This document shows, piece by piece, positions 13,010 to 26,197 of a DNA stretch of 64,000 nucleotides; position 1 is the first letter of the stretch; the number at the start of each line of letters is the position of its first letter. The stretch comes from Callorhinchus milii (Eukaryota), in the NCBI RefSeq assembly GCF_018977255.1, contig NW_024704757.1, positions 6,262,001-6,326,000 of the forward strand, read 5' to 3'. The position numbers and the translations under genes are program-made. Under the pieces are notes generated by a model, which saw only the letters and a program-made list of their open reading frames with translations, was not told the origin of the DNA and searched no databases.

Positions 13010-16000
13010 AAGGTTCACAAGAGAAGGGACCATAATGGATCAACAGAGAAAGAGAAGAAATGCTGTGATGCAGAGAGAAAGAAAGTGGTTGTGTCCTCGT
13101 CAGAGAAGTTACACCAGTCCAGAGCCTGCCCAGGCGTGAAAGGTGCTTCAGACGTCTCTCCGGTTAAGGGAGCAATATTAAAAGTCCTGGTTAGTTTTGA
13201 GCTTTACACGGGGTTACTTTGACAAACAGATACTAATTTGTCACGATTTCATAGTAGAGCAACAGGAATTATAAATCCGTTTGTATCTACAGCGGTACAA
13301 TTCAATAATCCTAAATTGATGCCCAAAATATGAGGTGGCACGAGCTTTCAATTACCAATCACAGAGTCTGGCTTTAAACTGCAGCAATAAAAAATATACA
13401 TTTTCCGTGCCTTGGTTGGAGAGGATTATTAAGAGAGCAGCAGGTTTGTAAATATTAATCTTGTTAAATTTATTGATGCGTTTAAAAAAAGGGAAAAAGA
13501 GGTTCCGGTGGGAGTGAATGTTCTGAACCAGGTAAAACTTGAACTTCTGCCCTTGTATATGATAAAAAGGAGAGGCTGCTACAGGTTTCAAGAACTAATC
13601 CATTTTCTATGATTTATTTATTATTCATTTTTTGACACAAGGTTCAGCCAAGCTAATTCTCAAGCTTGCCAGCTTCATTTTGAATGAAGCAAGTCTTTCA
13701 GAATGTACTTTTATTGACTTTGTCATGTATTGAACAGACTGCCTGCTTTCTGTTAAATTATTTTTTCAATCTTGTTCTACACATGGCAGTCCATTAACAT
13801 TTGCTAATATGAGCAGAGACAAGCTTCCATTTTAATGAATCCGAAAACTAAGCAGATTATTCCCAATGGAGGGAAGATGTCTTTTGGTTGATGTCTATTC
13901 AAAGGGAAACCTGCAAAAATTAGTCAGTTAGACTTCAGCTAATTATCTCCCAGCCTTCACTCTACCATCATACACCGCAAACCACAATTATTGCTTGGTT
14001 TCCTCTTGCATTCAATATTGACAATTTCACAGTTAGATTTGTCCTGATTTAACCAAAAGCAAATCAGCCATACATCATTGCAATTCACAAGATCAGAGAG
14101 GTTTGGCTGAAGAAGGCCTTTTCATTCACTTGATCTCAAAATTCCCAAATATTAACCTTATCGGCTTCCCAATCCACAATCGAACAGTTTCTTCAATTCA
14201 ACTGAATTCTTTGCAGTTTGAATGTAATATTGACAAACCCTAAAATGAAATTACAGTATCACTGCACAACATACAAAAGGGAGAAATTCCACCTAGGTCT
14301 AGATTTATTCTATTCCTGAAGCATTTTAGAACAGCTAGAAGTTCTTAAGAAAAAAAACTTTCAGAACTTAATTTAAGAATTCTAGACACTCTAAAATGCT
14401 GTGTAAATAGAGCAAACCTGGACTCCGTTGGAATTCCTCCCCAATACTCAATATGGAATGATATGGGATTTGCTGATTTTCTGGCCATCCAGTAAAAACA
14501 TCACAAAGGTACAAAATACTATTTGCTGAAGAAATTTTACCAATGTACAGCATATGTAGGGTTCGCCTTAAAGTGTCATATACCAGCTTTACAGGATAAA
14601 CTGAATTGAAATTTTCATGCACATTACCCATTCTCCTAGCATAAAGATGGACGGAGATGAAAATTCTCTTCAAGACTTTCTGCTCAGACAACAATACCAC
14701 CACTTATTTTTACCCTTAGAAGAGGTTGTTTCCTCTTCTAAAATCTGCCCCAGTACACTCAATCCTTTCATCTCAAACAAGAGGATTGATTTGGAAAATC
14801 AGGTTGTTCTGCACTAGCCAATTCAGACTGTGAGATTTATAGCAATCCGCAAACGGATGGCTGACTGCAAATGTTCTAAGTGAGCACTGGAAAAGCGTCA
14901 GGTGGTTTGATGCCTCCAGCATTTCTAACAAAATGAAAAACCATAAGGAAACTAGTCACAAAAGGAATGCTTGGCAAATACTGGTAGAGAGACCGGGACT
15001 GATGCCTGGGTTGGGTGGAGACCATCATATGGTAGTTTTTTTTCACAGTATCACACTGTTTTCAATGTTGCAAACTGTAGTGATTCTGCTATGCAGGTCA
15101 GCTCTTTATTTTCGAGTCAGATTATTGTACGAGCATACAAAATGATTACTGGTTCTCCACTTTCAACAGAACCTCTAGCGCAGAGCTTCTTACCATCAAC
15201 TGGTTAGAAGATTTCAAAGGCATATATTATCAGCAAACAAGTACAATGTGAAATTAACTGTGGTGTAGGATATTTATACAAATGTGGATCCCCTCAGCCT
15301 CGATTGTCACATACTGGTGTTTCGAAACACATTGATGGTATTGATGAGCTTGATTTAGTTCATTGTGGGGGGACGGGAAATAGGAGAAGGTCCATTGCTG
15401 AATTCTTAAATAACAAAGCATAGAACAATGGTGAGGTGTTAGTAGCCTGCTAGGGAAAAAAAACATTGGATAATCTTAAGACTAACAAAAGTGATGAAGA
15501 AGCCTGAAGGACATTTGTCATCACTGTTGCATCCTTCACCAGTGCTTGCCTGGGTAAAATAGTCCTCATGTCAGAAGATGGTGTGATTTCCATCGAAGTT
15601 CTGTTCCTGAGTGGATCATCAGCTTTTTACCACATGCTTTACTAGCACTGAAAAGTCATTTCGGCAACAGCTCCTGAGAAGAATAACCCTCTAGCATGCT
15701 GTACAAAATGGTCTAAATAACTGGGTATCTTGTAACGATCAGAACAAAAAATTCCTTTGAACACATTTCAGCACAAACAGAAATCAAAAGGGATAACATG
15801 AAATTGATAGAGCAATTACAATATCAAACCACTGCCAATGTTCTTTATTCCAGTTTAGAATTTAATTAAAGCAATGTGGAATCCCTACATGCAAGAAATA
15901 GTGGAGATTTAGCCCTGCAAACCACAGAAACAAAAATCAAACAAAAACTACAATTCCAATGTATTGGTCTTTAAACCAGTGAATGAGACTGCAGTTTGGT

Positions 16001-16354
16001 ACATTTCTCAATATGTTCTTTTCTCTAATACATTAAATAGCATCACAGTCAATAGGTAAACGGACTGTGAGGTAAAGTAGGGAGCCTTATAGGCCAGCAA
16101 TATGCTGTTTAATGCTGATGATGTGTTAAATTAATTTGACCTCAGGCGGTACAATTGGCCTTACTGTCACTATATTAGGAAGGTGAAAAATATCAATTCA
16201 GGGTCTCTGGTGATTATTCCTAGAAAGTGTACGTGTGGATGTAGAAGTGAACAGTTCATGGTGAATTATGTTTTCCCCATCACAATAAAACAGCCTGCCA
16301 ACACCCACGGCCTAACCTCAGACAAGGAAAAAAATAGCCATTTGGGTATATGGC

Positions 16355-16459
16355 GCATTCTGATGAAGGGTCGTGGACCTGAAATGTTGACTCACTTTCC
16401 TTTCTTCATAGATGCTGCCTGACCTGCTGAGTGTTCCCAGCGACTTCCGTTTTTGTTTT
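16355..16459 (+). mobile_element. Penelope-like element terminal remnant with a degenerate hammerhead ribozyme core
   Basis: CTGATGA-a-gggtc-gtg-gacct-GAAAtgtt followed by gatgctgcctgacctgctgagtgttcccagc...gtttttgtttt, which I recall as a common chondrichthyan repeat. Confidence 0.6.
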
Positions 16460-17898
16460 GGGCGTGATATGGAATTGCAGCCTCTATCGTGTAACTGTGC
16501 TTCAGTGTGAGCTTAAATTCAAGGCAACATTCAATTAAATGAAACTTTTGCAGCTTTGCCTCACTACAATGGTCTCAAATGCTCTATAAAACTAATGAAG
16601 AAACTTGCTGAGAAAAGGCAGAAGTCTATAATTGGATGATACAACTCATGCAGAATGCTTCCTGCTTAAATCCTACTGTTTTCATTAACTTTTGTTTTTA
16701 TTTAAAAATTGCCCATGCCGTTTTCAGGCATGGCGTAAATTATACAATCCTACGCCAGCTTGTTTGTTTTGTATTTTGAAAAGCCTGTTTCCCAGCAACC
16801 AATTTCCATGTATTTAAACAACAGGTAAATCTCTTTTTCCCCAGATAAATGAATGTTTAATACTCTGTCTACAGATAAGCTGCTTTGTAAATGACTGTTT
16901 CTTCTTTGGGACATTGGCCCTCTACAAATGAGCGGAAAGTGAAACAACCGTCATTTCTCATTACTGTGAAATCTTAAAGAGACGAGTCTCCTATGCTTAC
17001 TTACTACCCCATCACCCTGTGTACAACAATCCTGGCCTAACAATCCATTCCAAATTGTTAAGATACAGTGAAGAGTAAATTTGCTGTTAGTGCTATTAGC
17101 AGATTGGGGGTGAACTGGGAAGGAGCGCTCAGTTAAAAAAACAGGTATCAGTGATCTGCTTCCAAACATGGCTATAACATGCAGATTCCATGGTGAGCGA
17201 TCTTCTGTTCTCCTTCTGCTGCTGGCAGTAATTGCTGTCAATGTGAGCTGTGAGTACACTACTGAATAAACCGGATGCCCATAAGGTTAACAAAACAACC
17301 GCCTCTAATGTTTTAACCTTTAATCTGCTGAGAACACAGGGAGACCTGGGCCAAGCTCGACTGGCTGCCAAAGTCAAGAGCGGCCAACATCATGAATACT
17401 GAAAGGCAAACAGACCAGAAGTACAGGGAAACCATCAATCAATGATGGTGGCTGTGATTAATGGCGATCTTACTTAATCCCGCTATAGTTTCCAATTAGA
17501 GCAACGTTTATAAAGAGGTTTCATCTGCCATAATTTCTCACTCCAGAATAGCATGAACATGAACATGGATCCCCTCAGAAAAAGCAGATTTTAAAAGCTG
17601 CCAGTTAGCTTAAGCAGTTGAGCACTCCATTCCAAAACCAGAAGGTTGTGAAATTCAACCCCAAGGTAAGTTGTCACTCAAACTCACTTGCCTTAATTAG
17701 ATGAGCGTCCTGAAGCTTTGACCTGTGTCTTTGGCTAGAGTGCTACGGGAACATAAAATATTGCATTATTTACTCGAGAGAGAGAGTGTAAACCAACATT
17801 GGCAATCAAACCTCACTGGAATTCCACTTCCTGATGGCGAGCTATGGAGCAGCATTGTTGGTGATTAGAGGATCACTGTCTCGATTCCTGACTGCCCT

Positions 17899-18135
17899 GG
17901 AGATCTGGTGGCTGAGTGGACAATGTGGTGCAGGGCTGGGCATGTTAAACCATCAAGATCCTTGCTTTGATTCCTGTGCTGTTTGAGTCATTTCAGCCAG
18001 GGTCACAACGAGGGTTCTGCAATCAAGGTTTTGATTATGGGGTTGGAGAAACAGATTAACGTTCCTGCTCCTAATTTCTTAGGTGTGAATCTCAGTTGAA
18101 GACACGGTCAGGCTTGGCTGAGATAATTCCTGCAG
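17899..18135 (+). mobile_element. Ancient, heavily decayed tRNA-SINE-like repeat
   Basis: A-box-like tggctgagtgg, B-box-like tttgattcc, then tcagccaggg...gttcctgctcct...tcaggcttggctg. Weak similarity to about 5060-5220 and 7530-7620. Confidence 0.35.
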
Positions 18136-20910
18136 TTCAATCGCCTTTGACAATCACCACCTTCAGCACTGGATACCAAAGGTGGAAAAAATAAAATGAA
18201 GCAGAACCATCGTAACAAAGGAGTTCCTTAGCAGGCTTCAAGTCACCAATGTAACTTTCAACCATTGACACTGATGTAAAAAGTCTTCTCATATACACAC
18301 ACCCCCACTTCTCACACATATTGGTAATAGAGCCCGAAGATTAAAAGCAAGTTTAGAATATTTTGTTTGATCCCTGAGCCTATGAACTGAGACATGCTCT
18401 TTATTACCAGCGCTCTGAGATGCTACCTTGCGAGAAGGGCATTATATAAAGGCAAGTTGTTGTTGATTACGTACATTTCAACCTTCAAATTCTACTTATC
18501 AAATTCTACTTAACAATAGGAAAAGACAATAGTGTTTGAAAATCAATCATTTTTTTCCTCCCTTTTGATATTCATGAAACTGACATGTTAAAGAACTGTC
18601 AGATCCAGATCTGAGGCTGTCATGTCCTCAGCTCTCAGCTGATGAATTGGACTGTGGATTTAGAGCCTGTCTATCACTGCCCATGTTTTTGTGGGACAAT
18701 ACCTTGATAATAACCAACAGCAGGAGCCCATTGTGCAATTCAGTACTGAGTCTGTATTGAGGCTAAGCCACTCGCAAATATCCACATTAGTTTGTTTACA
18801 GACACGGCTGCCGACTTTGTAAGAAATTTTGTCAACGACAGACAGGACCACAGGAGTTGCAAGTGCTTCACAGCACGTTGACATTGTCAGTGATTGGGTA
18901 GCATTGGTAACAACAGAGAAAGAATGACAGAAAGCACTGACTCTAACAGCACAAGGTACAAGGCTCAGGATTGGCACCGGAGCTTTGATAATCAAAGACA
19001 GACAGCATTTCAAGGGCAAGAACAAATATATCTGTTACATCCTATTATAACCTCAGAACCACTCCCTCAGTGCAGAACTGATTTATCACAAGGTTCATGG
19101 CCAGCAGTCTGAATTAGCTTCGGTCCTTTTCTACTGCCACCAACCTCTGAGTGGAGACAATTGTCACTGACCTCTATAAAACACTCAGTATATGCAGAGT
19201 GACAAGATGACAATCTCCTCTCCGAAGCTACCTCCAACACAACCTGAAGCTGAAGGTCAGGAATATTGCAATCGTCCATGCTGATCAGCACCTTTTGAAG
19301 GGTGCACTCCCTGATCACCAATGGAAATGTTGGTTAGTAGAGGAAAGAACGGTGGTGCCTTTCCTTGCTGGATGCCTGGTGAAAGTGCTCACTGTCTTTC
19401 CAACTCAAGGCAGAACCCACCCATTACATCAGAAGTGCACAACAATGTTTGACTCGTGTATTTTCTCGCAGGTTTTGCACAAATGGTCTTTTGAAAACCC
19501 TGGCAATCATGATGATAAAAGGTGTCTGTTACTGCTGCTGCTTTAACCCCAAGACTGATTTATTTGTAATTTTGTCACCAAACCTAAAGAGCGATATTTG
19601 TTTCTTCAGGATCAAAGAACATTGTGCTGGAGGGCTGGTAAATGAAGGAAGGCAAGAACCCTGTCTCTCTAAAGGTTACATTCTGAGAGGATTCCAGTTA
19701 TGAATCACTAAGTACATGATCAAGCTCAGCTCAGAGATTGTTTGAAGGTCTGGCTTCTGGCTCATTCTTGAGCATTGGCTCTCGAAGCCTGAAGACATGC
19801 CCTTCATGGTACAGATGTGCAGCTATTACCGAGGACACTTTATACAGCCTCTGGAATCTGACGATAGGTCAGAGTAGCACCCTGTGTTAACAGAACATAG
19901 CTACTAATTGGAACTGGCATTTTCTATTACATTTGTGTTTGGGAGTTCTGTGAAAGTAGGTACATTTTGAATTCTATCCTCTCCGGCACACTGCCTCGAC
20001 ATTAATTAGAGCTTGATGATAATACAGCCTTGACCAACACACTCAACCCAATGACCTTCACCATGTTGGCAATATTCTCTTTATTCTAATATAAGAAGGA
20101 CACCACACAAGTCTTTAAAAGGAATTGCCAGATTAGCTATCCTTCAGAACACAATGTAGTGCAGCATGTATTATAAGCCTTTAGATTCGAGTTTCATAAG
20201 CTGCGACCTAATGGACCCAGAGGCCAACTTGTTCTAAGGATTGTGTCTGCATACAACACAGATATATTGGTGTGGTGAGATCCAATCACCTCGCTGTTTC
20301 CTATTCTAGATTCCAAGATTAAGGACTGCCTATTTACACAGACTTCGAGCCTGAAAATTCGATAGCCAGAAGAATAAGCAGAACAGGAGACACTGTGGTA
20401 GAGGTATCAATGATTAATGTAACAAATGTCAAATGGATTCCTAGTTTGGAAAGTAATAAACTGCCAAATTCGAGAGCTCACGCTCTGGCAGGCAGATTAT
20501 TGCCTTTTTATCCAAATTCTGTATTAGATGCACCAAAGAGAAAATGACAATCAATTTTGACAAGTGCGGAGCAACCAAGGATTCATTTCTCTCCCTCCTC
20601 CCCCATCTTAAACGAGTTGTGAAGTAGACAGCTTTGTCATGAGAACTGGACTAGCTGCATCTCTCACTCTCTGACTTCAGTTCTAGCACAATAAACACAA
20701 ATTTCTAACCTGGGCACATAAGACTCGCTGCAATTCGGATTCATTACTTAGCTAAGTCTCGCAGATAACAATGCTAGAATATCCTTCAAAGATTCTTTAC
20801 CTTCTAGCCAGTCCTATTAAGCAGTGTGGGATAGATGTCAACATGAAATAAAACAAAGAAAAGCAATCAAGGGCATAGCAGAAAGAAAAGGCAGTTCCAG
20901 AACTAAACTG

Positions 20911-21134
20911 ATAACGATGATAACAAATAATCTTTGCATTTGATATAGCGCCTTATCACATCTTCGAGACATTTTAAAGCGCTTCACAGAATATACTGTA
21001 AAGTGAATTGACTGTTTATTTTGTGGACGCAACACGGTAGCCAATTGCGCACAGCAATGTCTCACAACAGTCACGGATTGAGAGACCAATTTTTTTAAAA
21101 ATGGAATTATTACCCCCGGAAAAGCAATCTGATC
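20911..21134 (-). mobile_element. SINE 3' half
   Basis: tttgcatttgatatagcgccttatcac...gcgcttcacagaatatactgtaaagtgaattgactg. Confidence 0.85.
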
Positions 21135-21554
21135 ACACACTAATTCTGTGTTTATGTTGCTGGCAGCAAAGGTATGGAGCAGGAACATGATTTATATTTT
21201 AATGACAGTAAACTACAAGGGTATGAATAAAAGGCAGGTAAATGGGACTGAAATGATTGCGCTTCAAAGAGCTGGGACAGACATGATGGGCTGAATGTGC
21301 TGTAAATTTCTTTGGTTCTATAACACATTCCTTTGGAAAATACATTTTCATTTGGAAACTGCACTTCCACTCCCTCGGGGGATTGCATCCACTGTGACCT
21401 GAGTTCATGTTTAAAGGACTGAATTCATAGCAGCTCAGACACCAAGCAATTGCAAGATGCTGGTTTGTGCTCAATTCCTGATCCCAGGCCAGGATGTCAA
21501 CTACAGTGTAGGCACTTTCTCCACAGAATTATAGAAAAACTAAACCAAGGAGCA

Positions 21555-21607
21555 GGCGCTGACGCGATGGGCCGAATGGCCTCTTTCTGTGCTGTATGAT
21601 TCTATGA
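21555..21607 (+). mobile_element. CR1 3' terminus
   Basis: gatgggccgaatggcctctttctgtgctgtatgattctatga, the typical CR1 hairpin plus ATTCTATG tail. A similar piece lies at about 21255-21325. Confidence 0.7.
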
Positions 21608-23599
21608 ACTTGGCTGACCAGAGTCACAAAAGGATCACATTCCACAGCTGGTGGTCATACTTTCAGTTTATACCACACATCAATAAGAAATGAAACCAGG
21701 GGAGTCTGTACACGCTGTGATGATGAATGAAGAAGCACTTTCGGTCTATTTTGATCTTATCCTTCCACAATACCCACTTTGCCATCTTCCCATTAGAGCA
21801 TCAACAGTTTCCTAAGAGTCCAGTATATCCAGGCCTCAACCATGCCTCCTGGTAAACCATTCCCAGCTGTTCATTACTAAGCTTCACCTTGTTGACCCTG
21901 ATGCTGTTGCCAAGCGAGGCAGTATGGTGAGTGTGGCCCCAGGTAATGGCATTGCCACTTACAGATGCAACACTGACTTGGAAGGGAAGTGCCAGGGTAC
22001 AATGTAAAAGTGGTATTAGGGAGACACTGTGTCAGTTATTTTCTCAGTGGGTGAAGAGCGTATCTTAAGGATAACAAAATGCAAAGGTTGGACAGTACTC
22101 TATCATTGTCAGCAGTTGCAGTTGTCAGCGGTTGTCATGAACGGAACAGTCTCCATCCGCTGAGATTAAGAAAGCTGTGCAGAAACAAGGAGCCCTGGGA
22201 GGGGAAAACGATTCACAAATCTGTAGAATGAACTGTAATAAAAGCATGCTCACACAAAACATGGTCTGATCAATCTCATGTACAGCCAACTCAGTTTTGT
22301 TTGCATCTCACACTCCTATTGTAAATGTGATCAATTAGACAAAACCGAGGCAGTTTGTTTGTTCAGAGAGCTCTTCATGTGTGGCTAATGAGACAAACGG
22401 TACTGTTCAGCCTGTGCTGCCTGTTAGTTAATAAATTGCTCATCTACGTTTTGCACATTGCATTTGATTCAAATTAAATATTTCACCAGCCGTACTATTA
22501 TTATCTCAAGGCAGTAATTTGTGAAATCAACTCAAAACGGCATTATGCAGCACCAGGTTTAGGTAAGGAGCAAAGGATGAAACACAAAAGTAACCCTTTC
22601 AAGTGCAAACAGTTGATTGATGAATGTACCAACCCAAAGCTGGAAAATAATAGCTTAGCTTCCACTTTGAGTGAAACAACTGTGGCTGCAGAGATGGTTT
22701 TGGAAATCAGTGGCTGCGCTTTTATATACGAATGCTGCCTGACACTCAACTTTGACAGTAACAATTGGCAAGAGTGTTGATTAGAATATGGCAGAGAGGT
22801 GGGTACTTCACCATCAGGGAAGAAGCACACCACCTGTCAGTGCAAAGTGCTGCTTGTGTCTCAACATATCTAGCCTGCTCCTCATTCAGCCACTTTGCCA
22901 TTCAAAAATATACTGTTGAGTGAAGAGTTGAAGTGGAGGAGAGTAAATGGTGTGAATGGAACTGCTTAATGAAACTCCCAAGTGTCACCAAATCAGTTCA
23001 AGGGGACAGAAAATCAAAAAGGGAGGACTTTCTGTTCATAGCACCTCAAAGATACCTCTTGTGAAGTATCAAATATAAGGATTATTATTATGTCCAAGCA
23101 GAGATTGCTAAATAATGTATGAAAGGCAACCGTTTCGCTAACTATCTTTGAGATCAAGCTTATATTAATAGTTGGTGAAACAGATTAATACAAGGGAGCT
23201 GAAACAGAACACAAATAATAAACACCATCTGTTGGAAGCAGAGAGGAAAATGTCACAGCCTCTCCTATCGTCAGGTCTGATTTTCCATCCAGAAAGCTGG
23301 AACAATTAGGAACAAAGGAAAAAGTTAACCTTCTTACTTCGAAAAAAACCCAGCTGATTCCTATTTTTCTCATTCATACAATATGCTGAAACAACCTGTC
23401 CACAACAGCACAAAACCAGAATTACTTATTTCAAATTATCATAGCATGAGATAGAAGCTCACCCTACTAGCCGGATAGGCTGCTGTCTCAGTTGTGGAAC
23501 TGCCTCATTTGATCCAGAATGGTGGTTTTCACCCATTACTCATTTTCCAATTTAATGTGTACATAACAGTATGTATGTGAAATCTACATGTGAAAAATA

Positions 23600-23766
23600 T
23601 AGATGAAAAAGTACAATCTACTGTTATGGGCAAAATAATCTAGAATGAAATCTATTCAAATCCAATTCAATTTTATATCTATTACGCTGTAAAAGGTTAG
23701 ATGAAAAAACATGATCTATTCTTTTAGCCAAAAAGAATTAGAATGAAATCTATTTAAATGTAATTC
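23600..23766. repeat. Degenerate tandem duplication, ~69-bp units, period ~98 bp
   Basis: tagatgaaaaa..atcta..caaaa..tagaatgaaatctatt.aaat..aattc at 23600-23668 and 23698-23766. Confidence 0.7.
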
Positions 23767-26197
23767 CACTACTATATTGATTAAGCAATAGAGACCTACA
23801 GTGGGTTTAAACTACAGTCTTGTTAGGGCACATTTCTGCTTACCACAGCATTTCCATGTCACTAAACCTTGTTTCTATTCCTCAATCCCCACAACGTAAC
23901 TCTATAAATAGACATCTTAATACGTGAATGAACTAAGAAAGCAAACTAAAAGGTAACATTGTGTGTGCATTCAAGCTGTAGTGTTTAAGACTGCCTGGGT
24001 TTTGTCCATTTACTCACCAAAGAATCGTAACAGACTTCTGACCCATGCCCTCGCAAAGAGATATTCCTTGTAACAAAGCTATTAGCAATGGAGGTATTTT
24101 CTACCCTCCCGTTTTGGATAGAGTAAAGGAACAGAACTGTGCTATCCATTTTGTGCAGGAAACTCTGATTCAATAAAATACATGCCACACTAACAACTAT
24201 GTCAAGGGACCTTAGAAGCACTTACTTCAGGGCTCTCAGAAGCCTGGGGCCCATCTGGTTTCAAAGGTCAAGGCAGATTAGATTGTACCTCTTATGCTTG
24301 AAGATGTGCATAACTGGGTAACAAGAAATACTTCAAACCTCTCGGTAAAAGGTACACCCAATGCTATTGTTTTTTAAATCATCTTCCAGTCAGGTTGTGA
24401 ATGGAGACAGCTGCAGAGGAAAGAATAGAAGGCATCTCAAGGTGCTGGGTTGCAGCTCATTCAAACTTCAGACACATCATCCAATACCCATCCCAAACCG
24501 GTCCATCTCTCAAAAGCATAGGTTGGAAGAGGTTCTCAAAGTCAGATTTTATGCTATATCTGCGGTGGAATAAGGGGAGATCTTATCAATACAAACGGGG
24601 TAATGACACTATTCCCCTGAGTAGATTTGCATCTTCAAATTCTAGGCTCGTATGATAGACTGAAAACAGGACACTAGGCTACATTGTCTCTGATGCTCAA
24701 ATAAATGATCGCTCCATCTCCATAGGAAATAACGTTTACAAACAGTCCAGAGGCCTTTTGTGACTAAAGCAGCAAAAGAGACTACGTTTTTTTGCCTATT
24801 TTCGAAGGCGATAAACTAAGAAAACCTCTGCTCTTAGAATAACTGAATCCTTCCACAATGTGGACTTTAAGGTAAAAAGAAATGAAAGATTATTCCTCAG
24901 CACAATCACTGCCTCACTCTTGCTGACGAGGTGAAAGGCAATACAAGGCAACATTCGAGCAAGCATTGCAGTTTATTTTGTATCTGTGCGGTGGGCAGAG
25001 AAGTTAGAAACAGTATACCATTCTGAAATATTTCACTATTTCAAATAAAAGCATTACGAGGGAGGCACTGCAGTCCACACAGGACTGAGATGAACAAGCT
25101 CATTAGCTAACCAGGCATGAAATTGCAATAACCTACAGCAATCCAGTGGCAAAGAATTATTGCAGGAAATGAACAGTTTCCAAGTGTGATTTTAGGCATC
25201 AGGTCTGCCTGTTGCAAGCAGCTCTTTATGAATCAATGACCATGTATATTTCCGCTTAATATAAACTAATTTCATCAGTTTGCTTTTTCCTTTACAATTA
25301 TTCTTTCTGTATTTCATGCTGTTTATTATTTTTATTGAAGCTGGTCGCTTTAAAAGCGAGATTTTAATCACTTTGTTACCCTCCAGCTAATTCCTTTCTT
25401 CCACATTTCCTTCCAAGAGACGTAAATCTCTTCTGTCGCAGTTCTGATTAACTACATTTCTATTCAGGTTATTAACAAGAATCAGAAAATATCAGCTTTT
25501 TCCAGAACAGTATGTGTTTTTAGGGAAACAAAACACAATTGAAACACTAATTGCTTGTTTCAAAAATCAAGCTTTGGCTGCAGACCATTACTCTGAAATG
25601 CTGCGATGTCACACCAGCTTACAGCACAGCACAGAACTGGTTGGATCCCAATTTGGCTAGCACAGCATCTCTATCCATGTGCAGATTCTTTGATGAACGC
25701 AAGATATAAGATTTTGAGTGTACATAAAAAAAAACTTTATATCTTACATAATAATAATCCTTGCTTTGATACAGCACCTTTCACCTCAGGAAGACGTGCT
25801 TCACAGGATTGATAGTAAAGTGCGGTGACTGTATTTTGTAGGTGAACATTTTGCCTAATTTTACCACGTCATCAGGTCTCTTCTTTTCCAGCTCTCACTG
25901 TCCAACTGGAATAGATACGTGCGGATCTGGGAGACTCAGCCTCTCCTTTATCTTCCTCAATCCTGAGAAACCACAACCTCCACACCTTAACAACTGAGTA
26001 CAGGAGCTCTATGTGTGGCACACTCTATGCTATGATGCTGAGTCTCGGCCTCTGGAGCATTACACTGCAGTCTCAGCCAACAGTGGAACTTATTCCTGCA
26101 ACTTTATTACGGGCTGAAATGCAGTTGCGTTCCACAACACTATAAACCGGATTATAGAAACTGAGTTTCTACATTCCCTCAAATCACCAAAATATAC

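Noticed and set aside
1-26100. Next MAD1L1 exon (RLK motif, ELKKQVESAELKNQRLKEVF-like)
   Set aside because: Not found by eye. It probably lies beyond position 1, but a miss is possible and TBLASTN would settle it.
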